Source: Lama glama (taxonomy: Eukaryota). From it: DNA of 64,000 bases. Under the pieces are notes generated by a model. It did not search any database and was not told the origin of the DNA. It was given only the letters and a program-made list of their open reading frames with translations. Positions 50,601-63,682 of this stretch are shown in pieces. How positions within the stretch are numbered: the stretch's first letter is position 1; the number at the start of each line of letters is the position of its first letter. The position numbers were made by a program, and so were the translations under genes. The stretch covers positions 20,772,001-20,836,000 of the forward strand of contig CM052817.1 in assembly GCA_028534125.1 (NCBI GenBank), in the 5' to 3' direction.

Positions 50601-53600
50601 AACCTAAATATGGAGGGTTCTTTTTTTCAAATTCACTCTGTATTTGATGAATATTTACCAAGGAGATGTACTGATTTTAAAATACATATTTAAACAAATG
50701 TAATAAAATAAAGGCACATTGCAGAAATTTCAGAAAATATAGAAGAATGTGTAGAAAAAGATTTTAAAAATCACTTTGTAATCTCGTAAGTCAAAGATTA
50801 CTATTTCTAACTTTCAAGCTTGTTTTCTAATACATTGTGGTTTCCCAAACTTGTAATGATTCTTGAATAGTATTTTTTTTCAGAGTCAACATTACATCAA
50901 ATATTACCTCAAAGCATATTCCTCTTTTCTGATGTTTTGCATTTTACTGGCAAAACAGTCTTATTTTACAGTATGGATAAAGTTATTTAACTATGATTCT
51001 TTTGAACATTGAGGCTTTGGAGCAACAATCACTTTATCCTTCATTTTACAAAACTCAGCTTACCAGTGTCCATGGTTATTTTCTATAGTTAAAATTATAC
51101 AATGTTATCTCTTATACATACTATAGTTTATGGCAGGGAAAATCCTCCCAGTGTAATGGGAATAGCATGGCTTGAATTCTTGCCAAAATTTTCTCTATCC
51201 ATGAGGAAGACTCCCTTTTCTTTAAATATATATCATTCAATACAGAAATACATACACATTTGAGAAACTACCTAGCAATGAAGTCTTCCACAATGACTTT
51301 GGCCCAAATAAATTAGTTCAAATAGTTACTGAATAGCTACACTATACTTTCAATGTACTAGATGATTACATGTGTGAAAGCTAAATACTGTAGTGTCACA
51401 GGAATGTTGCACGTGGCATTGACAGGCAATACGCTCGCCACACAAGAGGGCTGCATTCCGACACCCAACCATCATTGCCCTTTTTGAAAACCGCAACACA
51501 TAAATTCCACTCATGTTCGATTATACTATTACAATTCATCATCAGATACTGTTTTGTTTCGGGACATATGTCATAGCCCTTTCACACAATGTTATGGCTT
51601 ATGTAACTTACATTTCTCATGGATCCCTCCAGCAAAGTCTGTCTTAGTCTGTTTGGGATGCAAAGGAAATCATTCAAAAGCACCGGTGGCTTTACCATGA
51701 GAGTTTTGCAATGAACAGGGAGGGAGCAGTAATTTCACAGCTGAGATAAGTATGCTCAGCTCTTTTACCCATTCCATTATTTTCTAAAGCATTTAAGTGC
51801 TTTAAGTGTTTGGTTTAAAAAACTGTAAAGATGGAGCAAAACTCTGCGATATTAGAAGTGCCCTGTTTTACAGTTAATCAAAAGGTCAGGGGGCCTCTTA
51901 TACTAAACAAGTCTCATCAGGGTAGTTCATTAACACAATTAGAAAAAAATGCATTCTCAGTTTCTGCTTTCTATTAATTTTAAGGCACTTTCTGCCTTGC
52001 TTAATCAAATTGAACATAGGAGAATTTTCCTGGCTACTATAATCAACACGTAAATTAAGATGCACAGGGATCTCCAAAGAATAAAAAAAGTTAATTATTT
52101 AATCATTTTTCCCCTCTATGTATTGGGTGGAGAATGTTTAATTACAAAGAGAAAAAAAAGGAAAGTAAATATATCTTTAACATACATTTATTTCTTTGAT
52201 ACAAAAATGTGACTATAATTAATAGTAAAATGACAACATGAATATTGAATTTTCTGCCCATTTTTAATAACAGGGATTTTGGCCAATCAAAAGTTGTCAT
52301 TTTAATTGGAAACTTAATTGATGGTGATGTGTTTTCATAAAATACAGAAGTTTTCTGTGGTGTTTTCTTTTTATATAAAAGAAATTTATGAATTTATGAA
52401 TTAAATGAATTGTTTGCCCTTATGAAAACTGAAAACATTGCTGAGGACCAGAGAAACTGAGAACTCATTTGACATTTTATTAAGAAGGTTCAAGAACAGT
52501 TCACCCGGACTTTAATTTGCCATCCATTGAAGTTTATGAAGGAGTTAATACAAAGTGTGGCTATTGAAATTTCTATCTATGCAATTTCTACCTGCACAAG
52601 ATTATTGTGAATAAGTTCACTTTCTAGCCTGATTTTTCTGACTTCTCAATATTTTTTGCATATCGTCAAAATGTTAAGATGTTGAGTGCAGCCAATGCTA
52701 GTAACATCTGGCTTCCCTTTTAAGTTTGCATCATCCTGCAGAGTATAAACTTCTCTTTTACATGAGGAGTTCTTAGGCCATTTATTTCCCTCTTAAGTGT
52801 GACTGCTGTGATTTAAATCAGTAAAAATTCACTTAATGTTGCTTTCAGTCATTCACTTAAGAATGTAATAGTTGTCCTTTATTTTTAGAGATAACGTGAT
52901 TAACTTCAGAGATGTCAACCAGTAAGAAAGACCCGCTAACATATTTTATTATCCAACTTTTTAAAAACAAGTCTTATACTAATGATTCAGAAATGTTTTC
53001 AAAGATCCCTAGGGCTTTGTGCTCTACCAATGCCCTTCACACTACTTCTCAGAAAAATAAGATATGTATATTGTATTTATATGTGGGAAGTTTACTTTTC
53101 TACATGCCGTACATATTTGGACAATGGAACATTCTAAGTATTCTTCAGTACTAGCAAATCAGGGTCTCAAGTAAGAGTCATCCAATGACCATCAAAAAAT
53201 TTTGTGTGACTTGGCTGTTATGGGCAAAAATGTATAAACATAAACAAAACTTGATCTTGACCTTGCATAACTCACAATTAAGAGAGAGAAACAAAATCAG
53301 GTTACCACAAGGGGATGCCTTTTGGGATGGCAGAGACTGAAAAAGCCTCTGACCTTTTTGAAATTCAGTAATATTGGTTACCAAGGGAAAGTGTTAACAT
53401 AATGGCATGCAAATTTTAGGCCTTGATGTTCCTAAAAGATAAAATAACCCAACTACATTGTTAAAATGCATATGTGTTTGGCTTCTCTCTCTCTCTATAT
53501 ATATATACATGGATGTATATGTATATATGCTTATGTTTGTATTTAATTCATATAATGAGAACAAAATCTAGCTGTAGATATTCTTAAAAGATAACATAGA

Positions 53601-53659
53601 ACAATTATGTAACTATATATATAGAAAACAAATATTTACGTAACTATGTTATTTTCCCC

Positions 53660-53810
53660 CATAATAGCCCTATGATTTACATATGATTTTCATTTCCACT
53701 ATACAGATAATAAAGCAGAAGTACAAAGAGTTTAAGTAAGTTAAGTTACTTGAACAAGGTCATATACCTAATAAATGGGAGAAATGGGATTTGAACCCCG
53801 GTAGTCTGGA
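53660..53810 (-). mobile_element. MIR
   Basis: ttaagttacttgaacaaggtcatatacctaataaatgggagaaatgggatttgaaccccggtagtctg. Confidence 0.8.
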
Positions 53811-56252
53811 AATAAGTAGAAGAATCTTGTGTGGCAGGCTAGGGAAATAAAATCCTAACTTCCAGGACAGGGAAGTCATTAGCTGCTTCCAAGCAAAGGT
53901 GTGATAAGCACCAGCGGGCGTTCAGAACTTCAGGGTGACCGTGTTACAGAGGATGGCTTTCTTCAGTCCTGCAAATATGCAATATTACCACAAGGTTTTA
54001 TTTAAATAGTTTAATTATTTTTATTTAGACAGTAGTCTTTCGTGTAGAAAATCAATTTTTTTTTGATTAAGAAGCATCAAAAAGGCAAAGACTAATCAGT
54101 AAACAGCCTTAAAATGACATTTGGCTTTGGTAGAGTGAAGGGAACCATTGTGAATGTTTCTGAAAGAATGAAAGGAAACAAGCAAATGCCCTAGAAAGTC
54201 TTGTAAAGTTTCAGGTTCATGTTGAAGGGGTGTGGCTTTTTGTTGTTCATCATTGGTACTTATAAATATGAATAAATTTCTCCGATTGCACATAGAACTA
54301 CCAGGCTCCAAGGAAGAATGCTTTGTACTTGGTGACTGACCAGGCTGTGAAAAGCTACAACAGAGAGGCTGGGCGTTTCCCAATGGGCTATTTATGTGGT
54401 CCATGCTATCAAATATATCTATATAAAATTTTGACCAACAGGAATTTTCCTTTCGTTCTTTTTATTCTGAACAATTAGTTTTGGAGAAGGGAGGGTGCTG
54501 TCAGATGGTCAGCTGGACCTTTAAATTTTCAGATCCACTGGCTGAGGAGTTAATTACTGAAACTTTCCAATTGCACAGGAATCATAGAGAAAGCCATGGC
54601 CTTGTATTATTTACCCAAATAAACAACATTCTTTGGAAGAAAACAGGCAGTTTCACTAATAAAAAATGTAAATTCCAGCTTCATGTGTTATTCATGAATG
54701 TTCTGATACCACAATTGTTATTTTCAAGTGTTTAGCTACTGTGAAAAGCATCTTCGGCAATGATGTTGGAGGTTGACTGCTGAATGTCAGAAATAATGAT
54801 CTCGCGGCACTGTAATCTTTGCTGAATGAGGTCTATTATGTGTCATATTTGGAAGAATATTTGTGTTGCTGAATGATTTTAAACTAATTATCGAATGCTG
54901 CTTGTATTTCATAAAATATAATGATACTCATACAAAGAACTTTGCTATTAACACTGCTAAGTCCAATTGTGTACATCATATTTGGGAAGCAAACTAAAAT
55001 TGACTTATTTATCAGAATACAAATACATTGTTATTGGAATGTGGACACAACATATAAATGTCTTCCTTGCTTTCAGAAGAACTCAATTCGGATTGACTAG
55101 TAATATTATTTGTTTTACACTGTTACAATGATTATATTATTTTCATATGAAAAACTTTAAAGTAAACAATATGAAGTAGCAAGTGTTTTTGGAACATCTT
55201 GGCTCCTCCATCAGCTCTCTCTGCCAGGCTAGTCTATTTACATTGTGGTCCATTCACAGACACGGGTTCAGCAAATTAGCTGTCAGCTTGATCTAAACCT
55301 TCATAAAAACGTATTATATTTGCTTAACATTGTTTAACATGGCAGGCATATGTATTAAAATAAAAGTTCTGCTATTTCTAGTAAAAACAAACCCATTATA
55401 TTGCTCTTATACTTCTTTGAGATTTCAGTTCATATTCACTGTTATCTTGGTTGTTTGGCTTTTAAAACTTGAAAACAATGGGGAAAGAACTTCAGTGTTG
55501 GAACATGCTTATCTTGAAAAAAAAAGGAACATATTTGGGTGTGATAATTTTCTTTCTTTTACCTTCCTACAAGGCTAGCATGTGGTATCAGCTAAGGAAA
55601 ACATAGCATCAGCTAAGGGGGGAAATGACATTAACATTGTCATATAAGGGTTGGAGAAAGATGGAAATGTTTTGGCTGGGATTTATCGAACATGAAATTG
55701 GAAACTGATGATGATAAAAATAAGAATGCTCAGTGCAAGGAGCACTTCCTCTATTTCAGGAAGTATTCTTTGATGCAACAGAAGTGTCACCCAGTGGCCT
55801 TCTCTCACTAGTTTCTGCTGCCTCTTTGGAAAATGCCTTTCAATTACTCCTGAGAATCCCAAAGTTATACTTCAAGGAATCACAAACCAGTCCATCGCAG
55901 TGTTACCCCATTCTTTCTTTCCACTTAAAGAACCAAGCAGTAAAGTCTACTCTCCATGTTAATGATTGAAGGAACCTCAGTATTGACCCTGGCTAACAAG
56001 AGAAAGGCATTACTCATGACGAGGTCTCTGGACACGTGCAGACACTCCCAGTGACACTTGAGTGGGAGGGATGCATAGTGAGATGCATCGCATCTCATTG
56101 CAGAATGGGGCCAAGGGACACTCACTCGGCACTAGGCATTATCATGTGAACTGCGGCAGCACTTCTATTTGAGCTAAGAGATTCACAAATTCTCTTTTTG
56201 ATGGCACCATCAGTTTTAGTCTTCTATATTACGTTCAGAGAAAATAGGTGCT

Positions 56253-56422
56253 GGTGTATGTGTGTGTCCGTGTGTGTTAGAGACAGACAGACACACAGAG
56301 ACTTAGAGAGACACAGAGAAGCAGAGACAGAGAGAAGACTGAAATACAAAGAAAGAGACAGAAAGAGACGGAGAGAAACAGAGAAAGACATACAGACAGA
56401 TGGACAGACAGGCAGAGATAGG
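56253..56422. repeat. Degenerate (GT)n followed by GA/GACA-rich low-complexity tract
   Basis: Direct read. Confidence 0.9.
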
Positions 56423-56843
56423 CAATGATTGAAAGGATGTGTGTTCATGTTTGTGACGGGTGGTGAAAGAGAAGGTGGAATCCCCCAAAAAAAAGGGGGG
56501 GGAGGAAATGTGTTATTTACTTCAGTAATACATTAACACAGTTATTGGAATAATCAAAGTTCCCACGTTTCAATAGATCATTTTGGTATCTGGGAGAAGG
56601 TATCCCAAGAAGCCTATTAATAAAAGTCAAGAGAAGCAGAAGGTGGTGCATATTTAAGGTTCAGGCAATACTGAAACTATTCCTAGTGCCAGGTGCACAC
56701 ACATTCTGCAAACTAATGCAACACGGCAGTTCTCAGGCCAAGTCATCCACTTTGCATCGTTCACTGGATAATGACTACACACACTGTATTTTTTGACTTT
56801 AGAAAAAACACATATCATCACCCCAGGAAACCACAATTCCCCC

Positions 56844-56844
<1 letters not shown>

Positions 56845-56874
<30 letters not shown>
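56845..56874. repeat. (AC)15 microsatellite
   Basis: Direct read. Confidence 0.95.
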
Positions 56875-56876
<2 letters not shown>

Positions 56877-57053
56877 AGCGTCTTGTTTACCTGCTACAAT
56901 CAATACTACTCAATAATTCCCCTTAGTCCTTCTCTGACACAACTTTTGATTTCTAACCCTCATTTAATATGAAAAAAATAGTCTATTTAAAATTCAAGCT
57001 AGGTATATCTATATATTACATAAAGGCAAGACATATATTTTTTGATCCATACC

Positions 57054-57153
57054 NNNNNNNNNNNNNNNNNNNNNNNNNNNNNNNNNNNNNNNNNNNNNNN
57101 NNNNNNNNNNNNNNNNNNNNNNNNNNNNNNNNNNNNNNNNNNNNNNNNNNNNN
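57054..57153. other. Assembly gap (100 N)
   Basis: Direct read. Confidence 1.
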
Positions 57154-57494
57154 TAAAAAACACTGCCTATCTGGAAAATGCATGAGAATAATAAAAGTAG
57201 GAAAACTTTAAGACAATGACTATCCAAGATTATGCAGGGAAGAATGCATGTAAGTTTGTTGCAATTTCTTTTAAAACCCCAAAATTCTAAAGTGCTTTTC
57301 ATCTATCTCTAGAAAACATAGGATGGCTGCATCAAAGAGAAAGTATACTGGTCCACACTTAACAGAAAATAAATTTGGCTGTATTTGATAGCACACTGTT
57401 AAAACAGGCACATGTTTACATGTGCGTACATGTGCTCGCACCTACACCCACACCATAACATTCAACTTAAGAGCTGGTAGCTCATCAATACAGT

Positions 57495-57720
57495 TCAGGC
57501 AATTCAAACACATATTGGGCATGCACTGTACATCAGAAATTCTTTTATGTTCCAGAAATAGATAGGAGTAAGTAATTTTCCCTACCGTGAAGTGACTTCC
57601 ACTGGAGTCAGAAAAAAGGGGTCAAAAAATCACTACTAGACAATGTAATGAGTTTTTGAGTAGAGGTAAGCACAAACCACTATGGGAACAAAGGGCCATG
57701 AGCAATTAATTCTGCCTTGT
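57495..57720 (-). mobile_element. L2 fragment
   Basis: caattcaaacacatattgggcatgcactgtacatcag...tagaggtaagcacaaaccactatgggaaca. Confidence 0.55.
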
Positions 57721-60189
57721 TCTTGTTATCACCCTGTAAGTGTATCACCTCTGAGTTTACATTTCACAGACTACATACAATATCACCACAACATCAGAAT
57801 TTTTCACTGTCTTACTCAATAACTTTCAAAACACTTGATCTGTGAATTCTTTGGCACTCCTACCCCTTGACTCCTCTACGTTTTTTTTCTTTTAATGACT
57901 CTATTCCATCTTCACATTGTTCTCTAAAAAGTCATTTTCTCAGTCACTCCTCTCTCATTATTGATTCTTTGCATTATTTTTACAGGAATCACATGGGGGA
58001 AAACTTTACTCTGGCTTAATCCAACTTATTTGTTGCCTGGAGACAATGGAGTACTACCAAAGAAACAGACTCATGCAGCATAAACCCGTGATCCTTAAAC
58101 ATCGCCCTCAAAATAACCCTCAACATTTCATCCATTCCAGTAACTTCAATGCCTTTATATAGGTTTATAATTCTAAAAGATGTATTTCCAAAAGAGATTG
58201 AATAATTGATCAATCAGTTGATGGATTTTGCCCTTTGGTTACCTACTGGACATCTCTACTTTGATCTTCAGTAGCCCCCTCATAGTAATATATTTAAAAC
58301 AGATATCATCCTTTATTTAATTAACTTATCAATTGCTAGTAGTCAGGTCAGTAAAGCCAGTAGTACCAGCATGATTATTGAATACTTAGACTTTTATTTA
58401 CAGTAAAGCTTCTACAGGTCAGCATATTTGAATATGCTAATTCTAGAGACTCAAGTTCCAAGCCTACTATTCCCAGACTGGAGGGAAAAAAAACTGACAG
58501 AAAACAAATGCAATTTGATTTACAATCCAGAGAATATTTTTCTTTAAAATTTTCAAGACCCTCTTATACGAGCCCCAAGAAATTCAATTCAAATTTTAGG
58601 TTAGGGCTATCCCATCAATCAAATGTTTACCCTTCAGTTGGCAGGTGGGACAGGAAAAGTTGCAGTTGACTAGATTGAGATCTCTTAGTCTTTAAGTGAT
58701 AATGATTTTGAAAATTATTTCTAGTAGTTAATTTTTTGATTTGACATTATTTAAAATAAAATTCTGAATTAATCCAAACCATATGTAGGAGTCTTGAGTT
58801 GTGTGAATGTACAGTAATTAACGAGAATCACAAGCATCTGTTCCAACTGGTGTGCTGACACAACTTTGAAAAGCAACTGGAAACAAAATGTTGATGGATT
58901 GTGGTCATTATCCTCGTGCTGATTAATCTTATTCATCAGTCTGTCAGAATATTAAGTCATGCAAAAACATGTTCTATTAATAGTGACAAAAACATAATTG
59001 TATATATTTTCAAAACCTCTGTTTTCTTTATTTCTTTAAAACTGCATTGGGAATTTACGGGCTTAATTCACTGCATTGGTTGAGTGAAGTCGCTTTGTAT
59101 AATTTGCTAGGTAGTAGTAGTCTGTGGATGTAACCAAAGAAAGAGAACCTTATTTTAGGAAAATCCTAAAAATCACATTGCTGTCACCACGAGAAAAAAT
59201 TCATGTCAATATTTATATCTTACTGAGTTGTCTGGACTTAATAATAATGTGCAAAGCTGATAGAAGAGGCATTCTGTTAACTTTGCCTTTGAAAAATATT
59301 TTCTGTCATTATTTACAGAAAAAATCTATTGTATAAAGTTAAATTTGTAGTGCAGTTTTTGTCTTGGCCCTACTCAAATTAAGTAGCAGCTTTGCCTCTG
59401 GTAGTAGAGTTTATGCATAGTTTATTATGTATATTACCATGTGAGAAAAGGGATATGTTTAGAAAAATCTTACTATGCGTGTTTTAGGTCAAGGATTCTT
59501 TAAGGCAAAGGCGCAATTCTTCAACATTTACCACGTGGCCAGGACAAAAGTGGTTTAACCACAGCAGGGTCAGTGGTCATGTGAACACATTGGAGCGACC
59601 CATCATTGGGGGAGTATCAATTGCTTTCTGTAAACAATGGGAAAACTTTTTAATTCAGCCAAAACCAACGCCACAAGTGAGTTATAAAGATCTTTGCTGT
59701 CAAATGAAATCAATTACAATGTAGCTATAAACACTCGTTATGTGTTCAGTTTATTCCAGAGAGACGGCAAAAAAGGTTTTATTTTCCTTTATAATGGGTA
59801 GTGGAAAATTGTTTATTTGTTCTGGTGTTGTTGCTTATTGGCTATTGTAATCATTCAATTGATCTGAAAATTGCTATGCAAAGCTTTCTTTACGTTACTC
59901 TTTATAGACTTTACATAAATATTAAATTTGAAAACAGTATAAAATTCTATATGTTGCTATTTTGCCCATCCTTGAGTTTGCTTACAGAATTAAAGGGTCA
60001 GTGGTTTTTAGGGAGTAGGTGAAATATTTCAATCTTTTTCCAGTAAACTATCCATGTGGCTTCTGAGATATTTGACTCAAAATGTGAGAATCAAACAAAC
60101 AAACAAATAAAAAATAAAATATAAAAGAACCTCTGAAAGTTAATGCTCCCAAATAAAATATTTACCTCTTTTATGTCCAGAATGGCATG

Positions 60190-60310
60190 AAGGTAAACTG
60201 TTTAAAGACAGGGATTTTTGCATGTTTTATTCACTACCATATCTTGAGGGCCTGGAAGAGTGTCAGGTACATCTTAGATAACAATTTTTTTTTTAAAAGA
60301 CTGAGTAGTG
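60190..60310 (+). mobile_element. L2 3' end fragment
   Basis: aagacagggatttttgcatgttttattcactaccatatcttgagggcctggaagagtgtcaggtacat. Confidence 0.65.
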
Positions 60311-62324
60311 CCCAAATCATGTGAATAAACTACTTTTTAAATTAAGTGAGACTGAATTATCTCAATTTTCTGTAAGATGCATTTGATATTAACAATTAAC
60401 TGCTTGAAATCACTCCTCAAAAAGGATAAAAATCTGAGCAGAAAAAACAAATGACACTGATAGTGTGAAAAACAGTTTGAAATTCTCCTGCTTACTAAAA
60501 TAAGGAGGAAGGGGATTGGAATTAACGTGCTCTCCTGGGGATTACAGAGTCCTCAAGGACTCACTAGAGTTTAAAGAAAATTCTTCAGACTCTCATATGA
60601 ATAAAAAATATTGGAATCATTTTTCATGTTCTTGATTACCCCAGGTATTTAACACAGGAAAGAAAATCCAAGTTACAAATGTGACTACAGGGAAGCAATC
60701 ATCAAAAATGGTGAGAAATTCTGAACTGTATTTGTATGAATCATAACAGTCTTAGAATTGGAATTAAGCAGACGTTAGAGGTCTTTTACCTGAGGAAATT
60801 ATTCTCTCTTCAATTATAATACACACTATTACAATACATTTTCATTTGTCCGGGTTCTGAGTTACTCGAAAGCTCAACTCACTTATTTTCCCACTTGACT
60901 TTTATGAGAATGAAAGAAATTATAAATAATAGGAAAGATAATTAATACATTTAAAGATGACTCTGGGGTACTTCATGATCCTGAAGTGTCTTTTCAGTCA
61001 TCAGGAAAAGATACAATTATCATCAGTATCACTTTAGTGCCAGCTCTTTGACTTTATACCCAGGCATGGAAGCCCTACCTTATAAGGATGCTCTGCACTG
61101 CAGGATATACCATGGAACATGTGAGTGTTATATAAACAGGGCAAGACACAAGACTCAAATGATGCTGAAGGAAGAAAAGAAAGACACCACGGAGAAGACA
61201 GTAAGCAGAAACAGGGTAAATTGTGAGGAATCCGGGACAGAAACAAAGAGGGAAAGAAAAATTAAAATTTGAAGCAGCAGATATGGCAGGAGATAAAAGA
61301 AGGGACTGGAAAATTCCTGATTCTGGGGGTAAAATTGAACACACTACTCTTACCTCACATTCTCTTCCCGTTCTCTGAAAGAATTTTATGCAATTACTAA
61401 GACACTTTTTTCCTATTGTTTCCTTACAAAATGCCCCAATCACCAAGGTAACCTTAAAAGGATCTCTGTTGCTTACAATCCAACTCACCTAACAAAAGTA
61501 TGCAGGCTAGGACAGAATTCTTAGAGAACACCTCTCGGTCTGATAGTTACAACATTCCTAACATGTGAAATGACAGCTTTTCCTCTAATCACTTCCAGCC
61601 ATGGGAGTGCCTCCATGACCCCAAAATCCTTTTAAAAATACTCATAACGTTTTTATTCTCTTCAAAGTATTAAGAGGTGTAGAATCTTCCCATCATTTCC
61701 CTTCTTTTTACCTGTGCCCGCCTCATCCACTGCCCACCTCTTCCTTCATATCCTCCTTTTCCTACTTTTTCTCCTCACCCTTCTCCTTGCCAGCTCTCTG
61801 CCCTCCTGCCTCTCTCCTGCTTTCTGAATGTATAAATGGTTTAAATATGGTGCTAAAGTATGTATTAGAATAAACTGTGCCAGTGTGTTAAATGTTAGTT
61901 GCGGAGGCTCCCTGGGTGTCACAATAATTATTCAGTACATGTAGTTTAATGCATTCTTAAACAGTAATCATTACTACTTGCTAAGAACAGGTAAAGCTAT
62001 TAAGAGGGTCTCAAAACAGAATAACCTTTAACACATCTGAGCAGTAAAAGAGTTTGTAGTACAATTTATGAGGTTTCAAATCCCAAATCCTCACTTTGAG
62101 AAAAGAGCCTGGTGGGTGGTATTTTCTACCCTCAAAGGATCAACTATTGCTTCTTCTCTATTTCACTGTTATTTGAATCGCTGCTATAAAAGAATTGAAG
62201 TAGCATAGATGGTCTGTTCTCTAAAGTTTTCTTGACTTAAATCATGCTGATGAGCCAAAGCATTTCCTATAAGTTAATTCTAAATGTTACGTAGTGAAAA
62301 TTCGTGTGGGCTTTAATTGCAGCT

Positions 62325-62470
62325 CAAACTCTGATTTGACACCCAGTGTTGTCAATTACTACCTTGTGACCTTGACTTTATCTCCTTGACTATAATTTCC
62401 TCATTTGTAAAACTGGAACAATAAAATTGACTTTGCAGGGCTATAGGTAGGAGAAATTGAGGTATTTTTA
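62325..62470 (+). mobile_element. MIR
   Basis: ttactaccttgtgaccttgac...aatttcctcatttgtaaaactggaacaataa. Confidence 0.7.
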
Positions 62471-62499
62471 AAATGTCTCCCAAATAATTGAACATATTG

Positions 62500-62620
62500 C
62501 ATATATATGGATATATGTTATATACACATATTATATAACCTATTTTGTAGTATATAATTATATATATATGTAGTATATATATATATATAATATAGTGATC
62601 ATGGATATAAACATACACAC
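62500..62620. repeat. Degenerate (TA)n tract
   Basis: Direct read. Confidence 0.85.
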
Positions 62621-63469
62621 AACCAGGTGTCACTATTAATGTCTTATTAAAACATACCTTTTTCTTCTTATTGCCTAAAATTTGATTTGTATTCTCAATT
62701 TTGTTTACAAATTTGAGTTTTAAAATATTGAAGGACCCTGAAGAAATATTGAAATTATTTTATAGGTAATATAAACTATACAAAATACATTTTAATTTAT
62801 AGTTTATGTATGTGCATCTCTCCAAGATTCTCCTTCCTCAGAGCCCACCAATTTGATTGAATCAATAGGAAGAATTTTCCTTGACATCACAAATAATCCT
62901 TTATTTACCTCTTCAAACACTGGTCCAATTTGACATTGAATACCAAATACATTAACATTATATTTGCATTTATATGTTATATTTTTGCAAGACACATATG
63001 TTGGGACTAAGGAGGCATAGACATAAACACATAAAAAGTATTGGCTAGCAAGATTTCTTTATTTGTTAAAGTTTTTTTCAGTCTTTCACTCAAACAACGT
63101 TATTGACTATTTATGATAAAAATAAACTGGGTGATACAGAGAAGAGATAATTTCTACTCCCAAAGAGCTGAAATTAAATTCTCCAATCCTGTTTCACAAT
63201 GGACTAAATTTAACAAATGTTTGTTGAAGGACTAGTGCATACACAGAAATACATTGAGTGTTGTAGAAGATACAAAAATTAAGACAATACAATGCTTCTT
63301 TGAGTTTTGTTTGATTGACAAGCATGTTAAAGATATGTAATCAGTACATCTAAGATTGTAACTTCCAATAACACTAATGGTGACTTCTAACATTGTAGAA
63401 CACTTAGATTGGGACAAACATGCTTCTAGGTATCTATATGCATACTGACTCAGTTTGATCATCTTAAAA

Positions 63470-63595
63470 ATCCTCTGTGTTAGACAGTATAATTCTGATT
63501 TTACAGATGAGAGAATCGAAGTGCAGAAGTTAAACAATTTGTTCAAGATGGAAGGTGGAGTTGATAGGCAGATGCAAAGATTTTAGTCTGAAGAG
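63470..63595 (-). mobile_element. MIR
   Basis: attttacagatgagagaatcgaagtgcagaagttaaacaatttgttcaag. Confidence 0.7.
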
Positions 63596-63682
63596 AAAAT
63601 ATAGACAGAGGTGTCACAGTAAAATGCTGCAAGTGGCGATCTATGAACAGTGACAGATTCCTTCGGCTGAAGAAAGGCCATA

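Noticed and set aside
56198..56488. Charged and Ser/Leu-rich ORFs
   Set aside because: Translations of GT/GA low-complexity sequence.
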